64,000 bases of DNA. Origin: a virus. The notes under the pieces are model-generated. The model was not told the origin of the DNA and made no database searches. It was given only the letters and a program-made list of their open reading frames with translations. The position numbers and the translations under genes are program-made. This document shows positions 17,610 to 28,888 of the stretch, piece by piece. The stretch lies in the IMG/VR virus record IMGVR_UViG_3300005826_000037, positions 1-64,000 of that record, one strand, 5' to 3'. Within the stretch, counting starts at the first letter, position 1. Every line of letters begins with the position of its first letter.

Positions 17610-20600
17610 TCAACTTGTATACGTTATATATACCTTTGAATTAGCTGGTTTTAAAACCTTGATTAATTTCTCTAAAGCGTTTTTTACCTTTATATTATCG
17701 CTAATAATATCTAAAGAGTCAAAAATATTAATTAAAAAGCTAAATATACCAGTCTCTCTATTCACTATAGTAGCGAAATCTTCATTCTTAACAACCGTAA
17801 CATCACTGTCCTGTAAATAGGTTGTGTAGAGATCTTTCGTAACAGGGTATACAACATTTGAATTGCTATTATAAGCAACATCAAGTGGCTCGTTGTATGG
17901 AGAATATACCGGTCTAGAAATATTGCTTATACGCATATTATTTATCAAACCAAATAGAGGCTTTTCCCTAGTATATTCTGATCCAATATACACCGTATTA
18001 ATTGGATCCTTAAAAACAACATCCCCTATTATTCCATATCCATCGCCAACTTTCAACCCGCCCATAACTCCAGGGTATTCTCCATAAATAAGACCTGACC
18101 CAAACAACACACTACTATCAAGATTATATTGGTAGCCATCAAGATAAAGTCTCATCTCATCAAGACCTAAACCTCCATTAATCTTATATGTTGCCTTTAT
18201 ACGATGCCAAGTACTACCAATCCATTTTGTAGGAGCCCTAACAATATAATCAGTGCCAGATGCAGTTATTCTAAAATTAACATAACCAAAAACATCATTA
18301 AATAAAGATATTCTATCACCCTGAATACCAGAAGGAAGATATCTAACAACAACATTAGAGTTTTGTGAAGGCAACGCCATATTAAGTCTTATTACCTGTG
18401 TATTTAATGTTGAATTATTATTTGATGTTGATTGATATGTAACAACCAAATTTAAGCCACTAGCAGGTAAAGTTTTACCTAAATATATTGTCTTCTTATC
18501 TGTTCCAATTTTACCTGTTGTAAAATAATCTGTTCCAGTAGAATCTCCAACAATTTTCACAGTAATAACCTGTAAAACAGGATAATCAACCATAACTGCG
18601 CTATTTGAAATACTAGTTTGGGTTTCTCTTATTGCTCTTTGAGTATCTAATTCTAATTTTCCTCCTGCAAAGTAATCAATTTTCTGAGAACTATCTTTCA
18701 AAGTAACACTAATAACAGAGCTGGCTAATGAAGAAATTTTTACTGAAGTACTTGTCTCACTGATAACAGTTTCTTCAACTGCACTGTAAGCATCAAAATA
18801 ATATCTATCATTAGGATCATTTCCAGTGTCATATAATGGCGAAGTCCAAAATTCAATACTTCCTTCCTTAGTTCCATCAATAATTCCATCATTTGATAAA
18901 ACCATTGGATCTTTAAATATAGCCAAACTATCAGTAAAGTTATCATTAACTTTGTTTGATGAATGGAATTGTTGCTGATCAGAATAAGAATTTATGTAAA
19001 AATCCGCAGCATTTGTAAATGGGAAATCATCAAATGATAGCAAAACTAAAGTATTACTATCCTTTTCAAGAGCCTTTAATGAGTTATAATCTCTTGTTAT
19101 TGTCCTTTCAGTTCCACTAACAGTTTCCCCAATTCTTGTGTCAGTTAACATTTTTGAGTAGACCTTAATTTGATCTAATACACAATTAGCCTGATTAGAC
19201 TTATTGAAATCTGAGCCAAAATAAACATGACTATATGGCACATCCATCTTAACACTTAGATATGTATAATAATCAAGCTCATAGAAACCATATGGTAATA
19301 CATATCCTACAGTTGGCATATTAATTGCTTCAAGTGTAAAGTATCCATTTTGCAAACCACTCCTATAATCACTGGTTTGTAAAATTTGATATACACCATT
19401 AGTGAATGTTGGTAATACTGGAGGATAAGGTCCTACACTTGTATTTTGTATATACAACTTTGTCTTATCAGTTGAAACTTTTGTGATCAAATAAAATCCA
19501 GCAGCCTCAATTGGTGAGTGTATCAATAGATAATTACCAACATCTAAATCACTAAATAGTGAGTATCCATCAGTAACACTATATCCATCAGCAACTGTGT
19601 ATCCATCACTATAAAGATTATAGCCTACACCTATTTGATAACTATACCTAATCACAGGAACTAAACCACTATTCTCACTGTGAGTCATAGGGTACTTTTC
19701 TTTTAAAGATATGGCTAAAGCATTTTTGGCTATATTAGTTGGTTTAACAATAACATTTACATAATTTACACCTATATATAAATCTGTAAAATATTGAGTT
19801 CCATAATCTGTAAAATACAATGTCTCACTTACTGTATAAGCACCAACTTGTCCATTTATAGTTACTTCTACTGGAGTTGTGAAATCAGTATTTGTACCAG
19901 ATAATGTAACACCAACTGTCCTTCCCTCTTGAGAATTAGAAGGTTGATATCCAGTGATGTTATTAGATACAAATTTTCCGCTAACAATTGTTGAATTATT
20001 TGGACCAATAACTGTTGATGGTAAAATAATTCTGTAAATATTAGCTTCATCTAATGAAACTGGAGGAGGCATTCTTGTTTTGATAATATACTCAGTATTA
20101 TCACTCCACATATAATATTGTCTTGAAACTCTTCTGCTAGATAACCCTAATGTTTTAATAAGAATTAAATCATCCGCAAAAACATCATTAGATATAGTTA
20201 ATACATCATTATAATATCCGTCTGTAGATTTTGAAATAGAATATGTTGGTCTTAATGCTCTTACTCCAGGAATTTCGTTTTCTGTGGTTGAGTATATAAA
20301 GAAACTTTCATTAGAGACTTCTACTGGAAGATAACCATCAATAACTAAAGAGTTAGTAGATACCTGTAAAATACTATAAACAGTTGGTAAATATCCATCC
20401 ACAATTCTGATTAAATATCCAGAAGATACATCTTGAGTTGAAAAATCAATAGATGCCGAGGTAACAACATTAGTATTTATTGTTCCAGAAATATCTGTTC
20501 CTTCAACAACTGAGTGTATTGTAGATACAGCAATATTTGGTGAAACATTTATTTCTGAATCAACAGTAAATTCTGTTCTATTGACAGAGAAACTAACTCC

Positions 20601-23600
20601 TGTTAAAGTTGAGGGCATAACAGAGTCAAGAAGTAATGATTGACCAAGAACAGTATTTATTGTATAACCATTTGTATCAAAGCCGTTCTCATCTATAAAA
20701 ATAGTATCACCAGCAAAAATATTATAAGAGCTGAAGTTCGTAGCAGATATTACAAGATTTGAGTTTAAAGTTGTTTGAAGATCTGTACCAGAAAGTATAT
20801 CCCTATCTGCAAGCCCAACTATTCTCTCTGGGTCTATCGTTCTAAATTTTTCATTAAGATAAGGAGCAAGTTTTTGACCATAATGAAGTATATTTGGGAC
20901 CTCAAAACCATCAATAAATAAATGCATCTCATCTCTTGCATTAATGGTGTTTAATTTCCAAGATATTGCAACATGATGTTTCTCGTGAGCTTTCCATTCT
21001 GAAACATTAGAGCTTACAGTATAGATTTCTCCATTCTTATCAACTGTTCTAAAATTTAAATATCCAGAAACATCTTTAAACAAAGATAATCTATTCTTAG
21101 CTTCGCTCTCACCAAGATCCAATATATAATGCTTTATGTCTGAAACAAATGAAACACCATCATCAATTCCATAAGAGCCGCCAGTAATATTTAATCTAAG
21201 CTTCTTAACACCACTAAAGATTGTTACATAAGATGGTTTAGGATAAACCATACTAACTGCATTATAAAAACTTCCATTTGACTCTATTGAAATTCTATAC
21301 GTAGCGCTTGTAGGTGATGCTACATATCCATCTCTTACTTCAACATACCATTTGTAATAACTTCCTGTAGAGTCCAAATCATTATAAATAAAAATTCCAT
21401 CCTTATTTTTATTTGGAGTTCCTAATACTTGGGTTGCTTTTGTTACGGTAAATGTATTATTTGTTTCAATATCTGGATGAATTTCTCCAGCACCAATAAA
21501 CACTTTGTCTTTTGTTATAGCTGAACCATTTCTTGTAATTGTAAAAGTTAGCTCGGCTTCATTATCTAAACCATTCCACTGTGGCTCAATCCATGTTTCA
21601 AATGTTCCCTCTGATAGTTTTATATTAGATGTAACTGGCAAAGATATACTTTGCCCGTCTGTATCCATAAGAACACCATCGCCAAACTTACAAGGAATTT
21701 GTTGAAAAGATCCTGTTGTACTAACTTCTTGTGGATTCAATAAACTATTACCAAGAGACCATCCTTGAAAAACTGATTCCTGAAGATCCGGTGTAATGTG
21801 CGATATCGTTTTTCCAATATTTTTTATCGCATTTACTGTAGGTCCTTGAATGAAAGAAGCTAATGCTGCGCTTAATGCATCACGATATCTCTCTCTATCA
21901 AAATCGATATCAAAATTTGTAAGTTCAGGAACATCAACAAGATTTCCAAAATTCCTATAAAGTGCATCTCTTAAAGCACCAGCTTTATATGTAACATAAT
22001 ATTCTGTCCCAGAAGCTAAATTACCTTCTCTAAAATCAATCGAGTTATCTCCATATTCATAACTTAAAATGATTTCATCTGCAAGATAAGTATAGTCTAT
22101 GTAATAACCTCCCTTATCATAATCTACTGCTACTGTTACTAAATTGTTTATTTCAAAAGAATATATAATCTCCACTGGCTCTCCTTCAACAGGAGAATTA
22201 ATGCCAGGTAGAATAAGTTTTATAGTTTCTCCAGGTATTATTGTTCCAGAAGAATTCCACAACTCTTTTGAGTCAGTTGTTCTAATAACACTAAAAGTAT
22301 AAGTTATGTAAGGTGAAATGTATGGTACATTCTCCTCAACATTTACATATAGATTAGATCCGTCGCTCAAAATTGATTCGTATGATTGACCGGTTATAGC
22401 AGATACTGTGATATTTTTACCAGAACTTGTACTGCTTCTAGCAAAATTCAAAGGGTTTGTACTATTTTTTAAATCTGTTCTCTCATAAATACCTCTTATA
22501 GATTTTACAGTATGAGATACTCCAGAAACAAATGAACCACTTACGTAGGCTCCAATTCTGCTATTAAAAACTTGATAAGGAGAGGATGAAGTATCATTCA
22601 ACAATAACTCATCAGAGTAATCAAATGTTGATGGTATTATCTCTCCATCATCAAATGATAAATATGTAAATGTTGTGCTTTTATTATTTAAATTTCCAAT
22701 CCTATAATAAATATCTTCGACACTTATAATATGTGGATTTTCTGGGGAAATGTTATTATTCTTGTAAGTTACATATCCAATTAAGTTATTTTGAGTTGAA
22801 GATACTGCACAATATATAATGCCATTAACATAGTCAACCATATATTGACCAATTTCTGATAATAGATCGATATTTGTTGCTGCGGTTTGAGTTCTATCAT
22901 ACCATTTTTCATTCACAAAAATATCTGTTTTACTAAATGAAACAGAAGAATTTACAGATGAACCAATTCCGTCTTCAGATGCTCCAATGATTGTGTTGTT
23001 ATCTAATAATATTTTGAATATTCTGTATCCATCTGTATTTGATAGGTACGCATTAACAAACATCATTTCATTAACAACATCTTTAAATGACGCTCTTTCT
23101 CTTGTTTTTTCTATTATTCTTGGCGCGTTTATATATCTAAAATAGATCTTGTTATCATTCCACCTTATAACAGGATATATTTCTCCAGAAGTTTCATTAT
23201 ACACTCTGAATACATTTGTTATTGGGGTATTTTCTGTTTTTGCAACATTTAGTGCAACTAATCTATTATCAACTCTTTCTGTAAGTTCTTCAAAATGCAA
23301 ATAGGCTTTATAATCAACATCTGGTACTAAAACTTTTTCATAAGAGAATGAAACTGTCCCATCATAATCAACTAAACTACCTTCTGGTAATGCAACAATA
23401 TCTAAAAGGTCTGCATCATAAGTATAATCTATTTCTGATTGATATGTATGCCTATATAAATAAGTAGCCAATGGAGGGTATGGACCTGTCCCATCTTTAT
23501 CAGAGTCTTCACCATATACATAAACAGTTCCTGTTTCATAATCAACAGAATATTGTCCAGAAGATGATGGTAATGCACTTAACCTAAATGGAAGTTCTGT

Positions 23601-24788
23601 TAAGAATGCCGGGTGTTTTGCATTTGGAATAGAATTATTTGGGTCTATAAAAGTGACGCCTCCTGTTGTTGGTATAGTATTATCACTACTGACAACGGGG
23701 GCGTGTTCCAATGTGAAAACATTTATAATAGAAGGAACAGTTTCTCTGGTAGAACTTATTGTTGTGTACACATTTAAAGAAGAATCATTAATTACTCTTC
23801 CACGATCCTTATATTGATAAGAAACATCTATCCTAGTTACTTTTTCAATATCTAAATCAGGGTCACCTAAAACATCAGAATTTAATCTAATTTGATTGTC
23901 TTCCAAAATAAGATATGTTGAGGCATAATCCTGATCATATCTTGATGATTTCAATTGATAGCCATATACTTCTAGATCATATGTATATATTGGATTTGGT
24001 GTAGTTTGTGTAAAAACAACACTTGTTACTTTTGTAATTGGACTATTCTGCATATTTAAAATAAAAGAATTAATATTGAATATTCCAATTGTATCTACTG
24101 AATCAATTGTAAGAGTTTGGGTTGCAAGTTCTCTTTGTACTGTTACTGGGTATGATGGAAAATTATCAAAACTAATTGACATTGAAACATTGGTACCAGT
24201 AGGAGTTTTACCAACTCTATATAAATAATATGCACCTTCTTCATCTAGCCTATCTGTTGGTCCTTTGCCCCTTACTTTTCTTTCATCAATAATATTTTTT
24301 GAAAGGTAATTATCATTTTTAACCTGACCAATATCATAAAGCGCTTTTGTAAAATTAGTGGCTAATGACTGAATATATTTGTTAACTACAGTGGTATTAT
24401 CTTCTACATTGTAAAGATTATCTTTTAGATATGATATTAAATACTCTCTAAAAACATTATCTTCTGGCAATGGTCCTGTGATTAAATACTTGTTTGATAC
24501 ATTATCTTGTAATAATACTGCTTCTCCATTTTTAGATTTAAATAGATATTGATTTGTAGATGCAAAAGTTAAATAATACGCAGCATATGGAGTCATAGGC
24601 TGGCAGATAATTTTTATGGTTTTGTCATTTACTTCTATTTTAAGAACTTCTGGTTCAGGGATGTCCGATGAATCAGGGACTATTGAAACATTTGATGTTG
24701 ACAAATTGGGCGTAAGAGTGTGTGTAAATGTCGCCTCTATATTTGTACTATCAACTACCTGAACGGTATTTATCCTAAGATTATCCAT
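17610..24788 (-). CDS. Giant baseplate wedge protein (P2 gpI / T4 gp7-like core) with Ig-like and LamG-like domains
   Basis: Follows baseplate J; ERYRDAL...GPTVNAI and C-terminal LKPANSKVYI wedge motifs; LamG-like GTFETW/HHVAISW/LFIDG and GSIEFW/WHRI/LYLDG. Confidence 0.7.
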   Translation of the reverse strand: MDNLRINTVQVVDSTNIEATFTHTLTPNLSTSNVSIVPDSSDIPEPEVLKIEVNDKTIKIICQPMTPYAAYYLTFASTNQYLFKSKNGEAVLLQDNVSNKYLITGPLPEDNVFREYLISYLKDNLYNVEDNTTVVNKYIQSLATNFTKALYDIGQVKNDNYLSKNIIDERKVRGKGPTDRLDEEGAYYLYRVGKTPTGTNVSMSISFDNFPSYPVTVQRELATQTLTIDSVDTIGIFNINSFILNMQNSPITKVTSVVFTQTTPNPIYTYDLEVYGYQLKSSRYDQDYASTYLILEDNQIRLNSDVLGDPDLDIEKVTRIDVSYQYKDRGRVINDSSLNVYTTISSTRETVPSIINVFTLEHAPVVSSDNTIPTTGGVTFIDPNNSIPNAKHPAFLTELPFRLSALPSSSGQYSVDYETGTVYVYGEDSDKDGTGPYPPLATYLYRHTYQSEIDYTYDADLLDIVALPEGSLVDYDGTVSFSYEKVLVPDVDYKAYLHFEELTERVDNRLVALNVAKTENTPITNVFRVYNETSGEIYPVIRWNDNKIYFRYINAPRIIEKTRERASFKDVVNEMMFVNAYLSNTDGYRIFKILLDNNTIIGASEDGIGSSVNSSVSFSKTDIFVNEKWYDRTQTAATNIDLLSEIGQYMVDYVNGIIYCAVSSTQNNLIGYVTYKNNNISPENPHIISVEDIYYRIGNLNNKSTTFTYLSFDDGEIIPSTFDYSDELLLNDTSSSPYQVFNSRIGAYVSGSFVSGVSHTVKSIRGIYERTDLKNSTNPLNFARSSTSSGKNITVSAITGQSYESILSDGSNLYVNVEENVPYISPYITYTFSVIRTTDSKELWNSSGTIIPGETIKLILPGINSPVEGEPVEIIYSFEINNLVTVAVDYDKGGYYIDYTYLADEIILSYEYGDNSIDFREGNLASGTEYYVTYKAGALRDALYRNFGNLVDVPELTNFDIDFDRERYRDALSAALASFIQGPTVNAIKNIGKTISHITPDLQESVFQGWSLGNSLLNPQEVSTTGSFQQIPCKFGDGVLMDTDGQSISLPVTSNIKLSEGTFETWIEPQWNGLDNEAELTFTITRNGSAITKDKVFIGAGEIHPDIETNNTFTVTKATQVLGTPNKNKDGIFIYNDLDSTGSYYKWYVEVRDGYVASPTSATYRISIESNGSFYNAVSMVYPKPSYVTIFSGVKKLRLNITGGSYGIDDGVSFVSDIKHYILDLGESEAKNRLSLFKDVSGYLNFRTVDKNGEIYTVSSNVSEWKAHEKHHVAISWKLNTINARDEMHLFIDGFEVPNILHYGQKLAPYLNEKFRTIDPERIVGLADRDILSGTDLQTTLNSNLVISATNFSSYNIFAGDTIFIDENGFDTNGYTINTVLGQSLLLDSVMPSTLTGVSFSVNRTEFTVDSEINVSPNIAVSTIHSVVEGTDISGTINTNVVTSASIDFSTQDVSSGYLIRIVDGYLPTVYSILQVSTNSLVIDGYLPVEVSNESFFIYSTTENEIPGVRALRPTYSISKSTDGYYNDVLTISNDVFADDLILIKTLGLSSRRVSRQYYMWSDNTEYIIKTRMPPPVSLDEANIYRIILPSTVIGPNNSTIVSGKFVSNNITGYQPSNSQEGRTVGVTLSGTNTDFTTPVEVTINGQVGAYTVSETLYFTDYGTQYFTDLYIGVNYVNVIVKPTNIAKNALAISLKEKYPMTHSENSGLVPVIRYSYQIGVGYNLYSDGYTVADGYSVTDGYSLFSDLDVGNYLLIHSPIEAAGFYLITKVSTDKTKLYIQNTSVGPYPPVLPTFTNGVYQILQTSDYRSGLQNGYFTLEAINMPTVGYVLPYGFYELDYYTYLSVKMDVPYSHVYFGSDFNKSNQANCVLDQIKVYSKMLTDTRIGETVSGTERTITRDYNSLKALEKDSNTLVLLSFDDFPFTNAADFYINSYSDQQQFHSSNKVNDNFTDSLAIFKDPMVLSNDGIIDGTKEGSIEFWTSPLYDTGNDPNDRYYFDAYSAVEETVISETSTSVKISSLASSVISVTLKDSSQKIDYFAGGKLELDTQRAIRETQTSISNSAVMVDYPVLQVITVKIVGDSTGTDYFTTGKIGTDKKTIYLGKTLPASGLNLVVTYQSTSNNNSTLNTQVIRLNMALPSQNSNVVVRYLPSGIQGDRISLFNDVFGYVNFRITASGTDYIVRAPTKWIGSTWHRIKATYKINGGLGLDEMRLYLDGYQYNLDSSVLFGSGLIYGEYPGVMGGLKVGDGYGIIGDVVFKDPINTVYIGSEYTREKPLFGLINNMRISNISRPVYSPYNEPLDVAYNSNSNVVYPVTKDLYTTYLQDSDVTVVKNEDFATIVNRETGIFSFLINIFDSLDIISDNIKVKNALEKLIKVLKPANSKVYITYTS

Positions 24789-24790
24789 TA

Positions 24791-27700
24791 TTATCTTGTT
24801 TCGGTTGCTAATGTTATAGTATTTGGAGCAAAGTACTCATCTTTTTGAGCTGTCTTAGTTAAGACTTGACCAGTTTTACCTGTCTCATTGAAATATAGTA
24901 TTCTAGCCCTAGATATACCAGTAATACCTTGTGCTATATTTATCAAAGATATTGAGTCTATAGTTGTTCCAAGTTCTGTTGCTGTAAGAGCTGTTGTTAG
25001 TTGACTTCTAAGGGTCTGTAATATTGTGTCTTGTGAACTACTATATGTTGGATCAATAACAACATTCATTGTAAGATCTAGAGAAATCAATTTCGCTTCT
25101 TTAGCTAAAACATCGGCATTTACTGGTCTAGTATTCTCTATATTAAAAGTAACATCTGTTATCAAACTATTATAATTATATTTTATAGTAATTCTTTCAT
25201 TTGATTTTGGCGCTGTATAATCATAATATACTTTATATCTTGATCCGAGTGATGGTTGTGTAAATGATGTTATACTAAATCTTGCGGATTGAGAGGCTGT
25301 AAAACCACTAGAGATATAAACTCTATCAAAGAAAGCAAACTTATTATTTGTATAAAGTATTCCATTTCTAGTGTAAGATAAGTTTTCTGAGTTATTATCC
25401 TTGGTATAATAGAATGTCACTCTCATTTTATCACCAAGTGCTGGCAAGTTTCTTGTGTCAAGATTAAATGTATTATTATCTGTACTTGGTAACACAAATT
25501 CTGTACTTTGAAGAGTTGTGTCTTGAAGCATCTCATCAGAATACAAGATATTATCAGCAATCGTTGTATTCATAACATCATAAGTTGCAGATACTGAAAG
25601 AACTTCATCACTATTTGAACTGGCTGTGATAACTTTTTCGAGCTTGATTAGTTTAACAAGATTAATATTACTAGGAATTGCTGCAGATGAACTTAAACCA
25701 AGAGCATCTCTCATAGCCTCTGCTAAATTCAACTGTAAACCAGATGATGTCGCAGTGAAAATAATATCCTCTGCCTTATGTATTGTCTTTCCGTAAACAG
25801 TTATTACTCCAGTATTTACTGTTTGATCTATAATAGCTCCAGCAACTTTTGTTTGTCCTTTTCTCAAGTTCTTGAAATTAAAGAACATTGTAACAACTTT
25901 ATCACCCAATGATAGTGAAGAATTAGATTCTAACAATAATCTATTATTGGACAATTGAATTGCACCATCATAGCTCCATACTTCTTGAGAGTCTTTCAGA
26001 GAAATAACAGATATTTGATCTGCTGTGATATTATTAAGAACAGATGTTATTGTTATTTTATTTGTAATAGGATTATACTCTGTAATATCATACAAACCAT
26101 CATTATTAGATGCTGTAGCTCCTATAATCTTTAATTTCTTATAAACCAAATCGTTCTGCGATGAAAAATCTACAGTTGCACTTCCAATTAGCGCAGTGGA
26201 TGTTCCGGCAGTGATATATCCATCTGTTACATTAAATAATACAGTGTCTGTATTAGGTTCCAAAATCTTAAATACTAAACCTGATGATTGTGTAGTAAAT
26301 GAATTTAAAGGAACAACAAATCTACCAGTAGAAGGATCTTGTGTTAATGTATCAATTCTAGAATTGATCATTGTGTTACTAAAACTAAATGGCTGAAATC
26401 TTCTTATATCTGTTGCATAATAAATCACCAAACAACTGTCATTTGTTGCAGGAGAATTTAATCCCGATAAAATAAGCTGATAAGTTCCAGATCCTGCGGT
26501 AGTCACTGTACCAGGATTATCAATATTCCAAAGTTCTTTACCATCTGATAATCTAATTACAGACCAAACATCATTTGCTGTAAGAGTCACATCTGTATTA
26601 CTTATAGATAAGTCTAGATAATATTGCGCACTTAGATTTAATTTAACAGTTTGGTTTTCTCTTCTTGATATATTAGCGATACTAAAATTAGAGAAACCTA
26701 AATTTGATGATAATTTGAAACCATTTCCGGCTCTACTTGTAGGTAGAGATGTTGTGGCTGCAGAAAACATAGTAGATACATTTGCTATATATGATAATTC
26801 AAGAGCAATTGAATCAGCAGTTGTATCAACTAAAGCAGCAGGAATTGTTACATTTCTACTGCTAAAACTCCCGTTTGTACTACTGGATGTAAATACATCT
26901 GTTCCATTTAGACGTACTGTAGTCCAGTCTCCAGTTGATACTGGAGTATCTGTTGGAAGAATTATATAGGTATTATGCAAAACACTAATACCAACAACAG
27001 TTGTTTCATTATAAAATGAACTATCTCCAGCATCTGTATTATATAATTCTGAATTACCATTTTTAAGTGTAACAGAATTTACGGTGGTTGTAGCATTTTC
27101 TAAATTTTGAACAATAACTGCAAGTCTTTCAACAAATGATCCTGATGTTATTGTTGATACATAACCATCTATTTCTAAGTATTTATATGCGGAAATAACT
27201 GAGCTTATTGGGTGAGAGGCTGTTCCTTCAAAGAAATTTGTTGATGTATTTTTTGTAAACCAGATCTTCTCATTTTTAATCAAAGAAGAATATCCCCAAT
27301 CAATACTATCCGTTACTGAACGTAAATTAGAAGTATATTCCAAACCATCATAATCTGAATATCTATCATAATCAACAACCCAGCTATAATCAACTTGTAA
27401 CACATCACTAGGAGTTGGTAATGTGTTTCCTGAGATTTTTATTCTACCAGTTGTGTTATAAGTTCCTGTTTGGTCTGGATTTTGATCTTTTATAATATAT
27501 CTCTCTCCAGTATTAACATTAAATACTCTGGTAACATTTGTTACTGGATAATGAAGCAATTGAACAAATGATCTATCAGATGTTACCGTACTATTTTCAT
27601 TAGTAATTGAAACAAGTTGTTGTAATTCAGGAATAGCTAAAACATCTGTAAATGATACATTGTCTTGACCATTAAACTGACCTTTAACTACATCTTCTCC

Positions 27701-28888
27701 AAACATAGAAATTTTATTTGATACCCAACTAAATGTATCAAATCCCCATGGACCACCTCCATAAACGCCATCATCCTTTACTAGCTCATAGTTACCAGAT
27801 ACTCTGCCTAAAGAGTCTGTAGTTTTTTCTATAAAATTTGTTCCACTTAATGACCCTGTAACTTGAATAATAGAGTCAACTGGTTGTTTTGGTAATACTC
27901 CACTTGCAATATTATCAATTCTCTTTCTATTTATAGTCTTATTTTCGTCTCCAGAAATTTGACCTAATACAACATTATTCTTTGAGCTAGTAGGGTCATT
28001 ACTATTGCTCTTATCAATAAAAATCCAGCTTTCTGTATTTTCCGTAAGAGAAGACCCTAATACAACAACATCAACCTTTCCACCAGATCCTTCAGAAACA
28101 ATAGTTCTTGTTCCGTCTGTTGCTATTTCAACATCAGTTCCATCACGAGTCATTAGAGTATCACCAGGCTCAATAACCTGTGCATCTTGGACTCCTGAGG
28201 TACCTAGAGCGGCATTTAAATATCCCAAGGATGTTCCCACACTAGAACCTGTAAAGCTTGATAGGACCCTGTTTCTGAAGGTTATATCATCTTCTTGATC
28301 TGTACCGCCAGAGAAAGATGCAATATTTGTTACATTTGAAACATCAGCAATATTTGTTCTAGTTAGAGAATAGCTTCCAAGATTTCCTCCGGAGCCTGCA
28401 GATGTTGCAGTGACAGAAACTTCTACTGCATATTCATCAGAAATACCAATAGCATCAAGTTGGTCTCTATATTTTGTAGCAATAGATCGGTAGAAATTTG
28501 TATCAGTAGAAGAAACAGAAATTCCATTTATTATGGCAAAAGAGTATCCATTTGAAGCAATAACCAAATCACCTTTATTTATATTAATTGGAGCTGTAAT
28601 ACTTGAAAATGTTAGGACTGCAATTCCAGATGCTTTTGTTGAGCTACGTCTTGTTATAGAAAAATTCTTTGCTAATTGATCTAAATCATTACCAACAACA
28701 ACTCTTAGTGATTGTTTACTAGATATATTTGATAATTCTTCATATAGAAGTGCCAATTGTGCCGCAGGAGCTTCAACAAATAAATCTCTTGCCACAGTAC
28801 CAGCTTTTGTATCCAAATCTGGTTGTGCAAGTCTAAAAAAATCTAAAAGACTTAGTATGATTTCGTTAACGTTGCGAATATTAGCCAT
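24791..28888 (-). CDS. Baseplate J-like wedge protein (expanded)
   Basis: GTVARDLF, LDQLAKNFSITR, ASGIAVLTF, V-x-VTATSAGSGGN, FSGGTDQEDDITFRNR, GGKVDVVV. Confidence 0.85.
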   Translation of the reverse strand: MANIRNVNEIILSLLDFFRLAQPDLDTKAGTVARDLFVEAPAAQLALLYEELSNISSKQSLRVVVGNDLDQLAKNFSITRRSSTKASGIAVLTFSSITAPININKGDLVIASNGYSFAIINGISVSSTDTNFYRSIATKYRDQLDAIGISDEYAVEVSVTATSAGSGGNLGSYSLTRTNIADVSNVTNIASFSGGTDQEDDITFRNRVLSSFTGSSVGTSLGYLNAALGTSGVQDAQVIEPGDTLMTRDGTDVEIATDGTRTIVSEGSGGKVDVVVLGSSLTENTESWIFIDKSNSNDPTSSKNNVVLGQISGDENKTINRKRIDNIASGVLPKQPVDSIIQVTGSLSGTNFIEKTTDSLGRVSGNYELVKDDGVYGGGPWGFDTFSWVSNKISMFGEDVVKGQFNGQDNVSFTDVLAIPELQQLVSITNENSTVTSDRSFVQLLHYPVTNVTRVFNVNTGERYIIKDQNPDQTGTYNTTGRIKISGNTLPTPSDVLQVDYSWVVDYDRYSDYDGLEYTSNLRSVTDSIDWGYSSLIKNEKIWFTKNTSTNFFEGTASHPISSVISAYKYLEIDGYVSTITSGSFVERLAVIVQNLENATTTVNSVTLKNGNSELYNTDAGDSSFYNETTVVGISVLHNTYIILPTDTPVSTGDWTTVRLNGTDVFTSSSTNGSFSSRNVTIPAALVDTTADSIALELSYIANVSTMFSAATTSLPTSRAGNGFKLSSNLGFSNFSIANISRRENQTVKLNLSAQYYLDLSISNTDVTLTANDVWSVIRLSDGKELWNIDNPGTVTTAGSGTYQLILSGLNSPATNDSCLVIYYATDIRRFQPFSFSNTMINSRIDTLTQDPSTGRFVVPLNSFTTQSSGLVFKILEPNTDTVLFNVTDGYITAGTSTALIGSATVDFSSQNDLVYKKLKIIGATASNNDGLYDITEYNPITNKITITSVLNNITADQISVISLKDSQEVWSYDGAIQLSNNRLLLESNSSLSLGDKVVTMFFNFKNLRKGQTKVAGAIIDQTVNTGVITVYGKTIHKAEDIIFTATSSGLQLNLAEAMRDALGLSSSAAIPSNINLVKLIKLEKVITASSNSDEVLSVSATYDVMNTTIADNILYSDEMLQDTTLQSTEFVLPSTDNNTFNLDTRNLPALGDKMRVTFYYTKDNNSENLSYTRNGILYTNNKFAFFDRVYISSGFTASQSARFSITSFTQPSLGSRYKVYYDYTAPKSNERITIKYNYNSLITDVTFNIENTRPVNADVLAKEAKLISLDLTMNVVIDPTYSSSQDTILQTLRSQLTTALTATELGTTIDSISLINIAQGITGISRARILYFNETGKTGQVLTKTAQKDEYFAPNTITLATETR

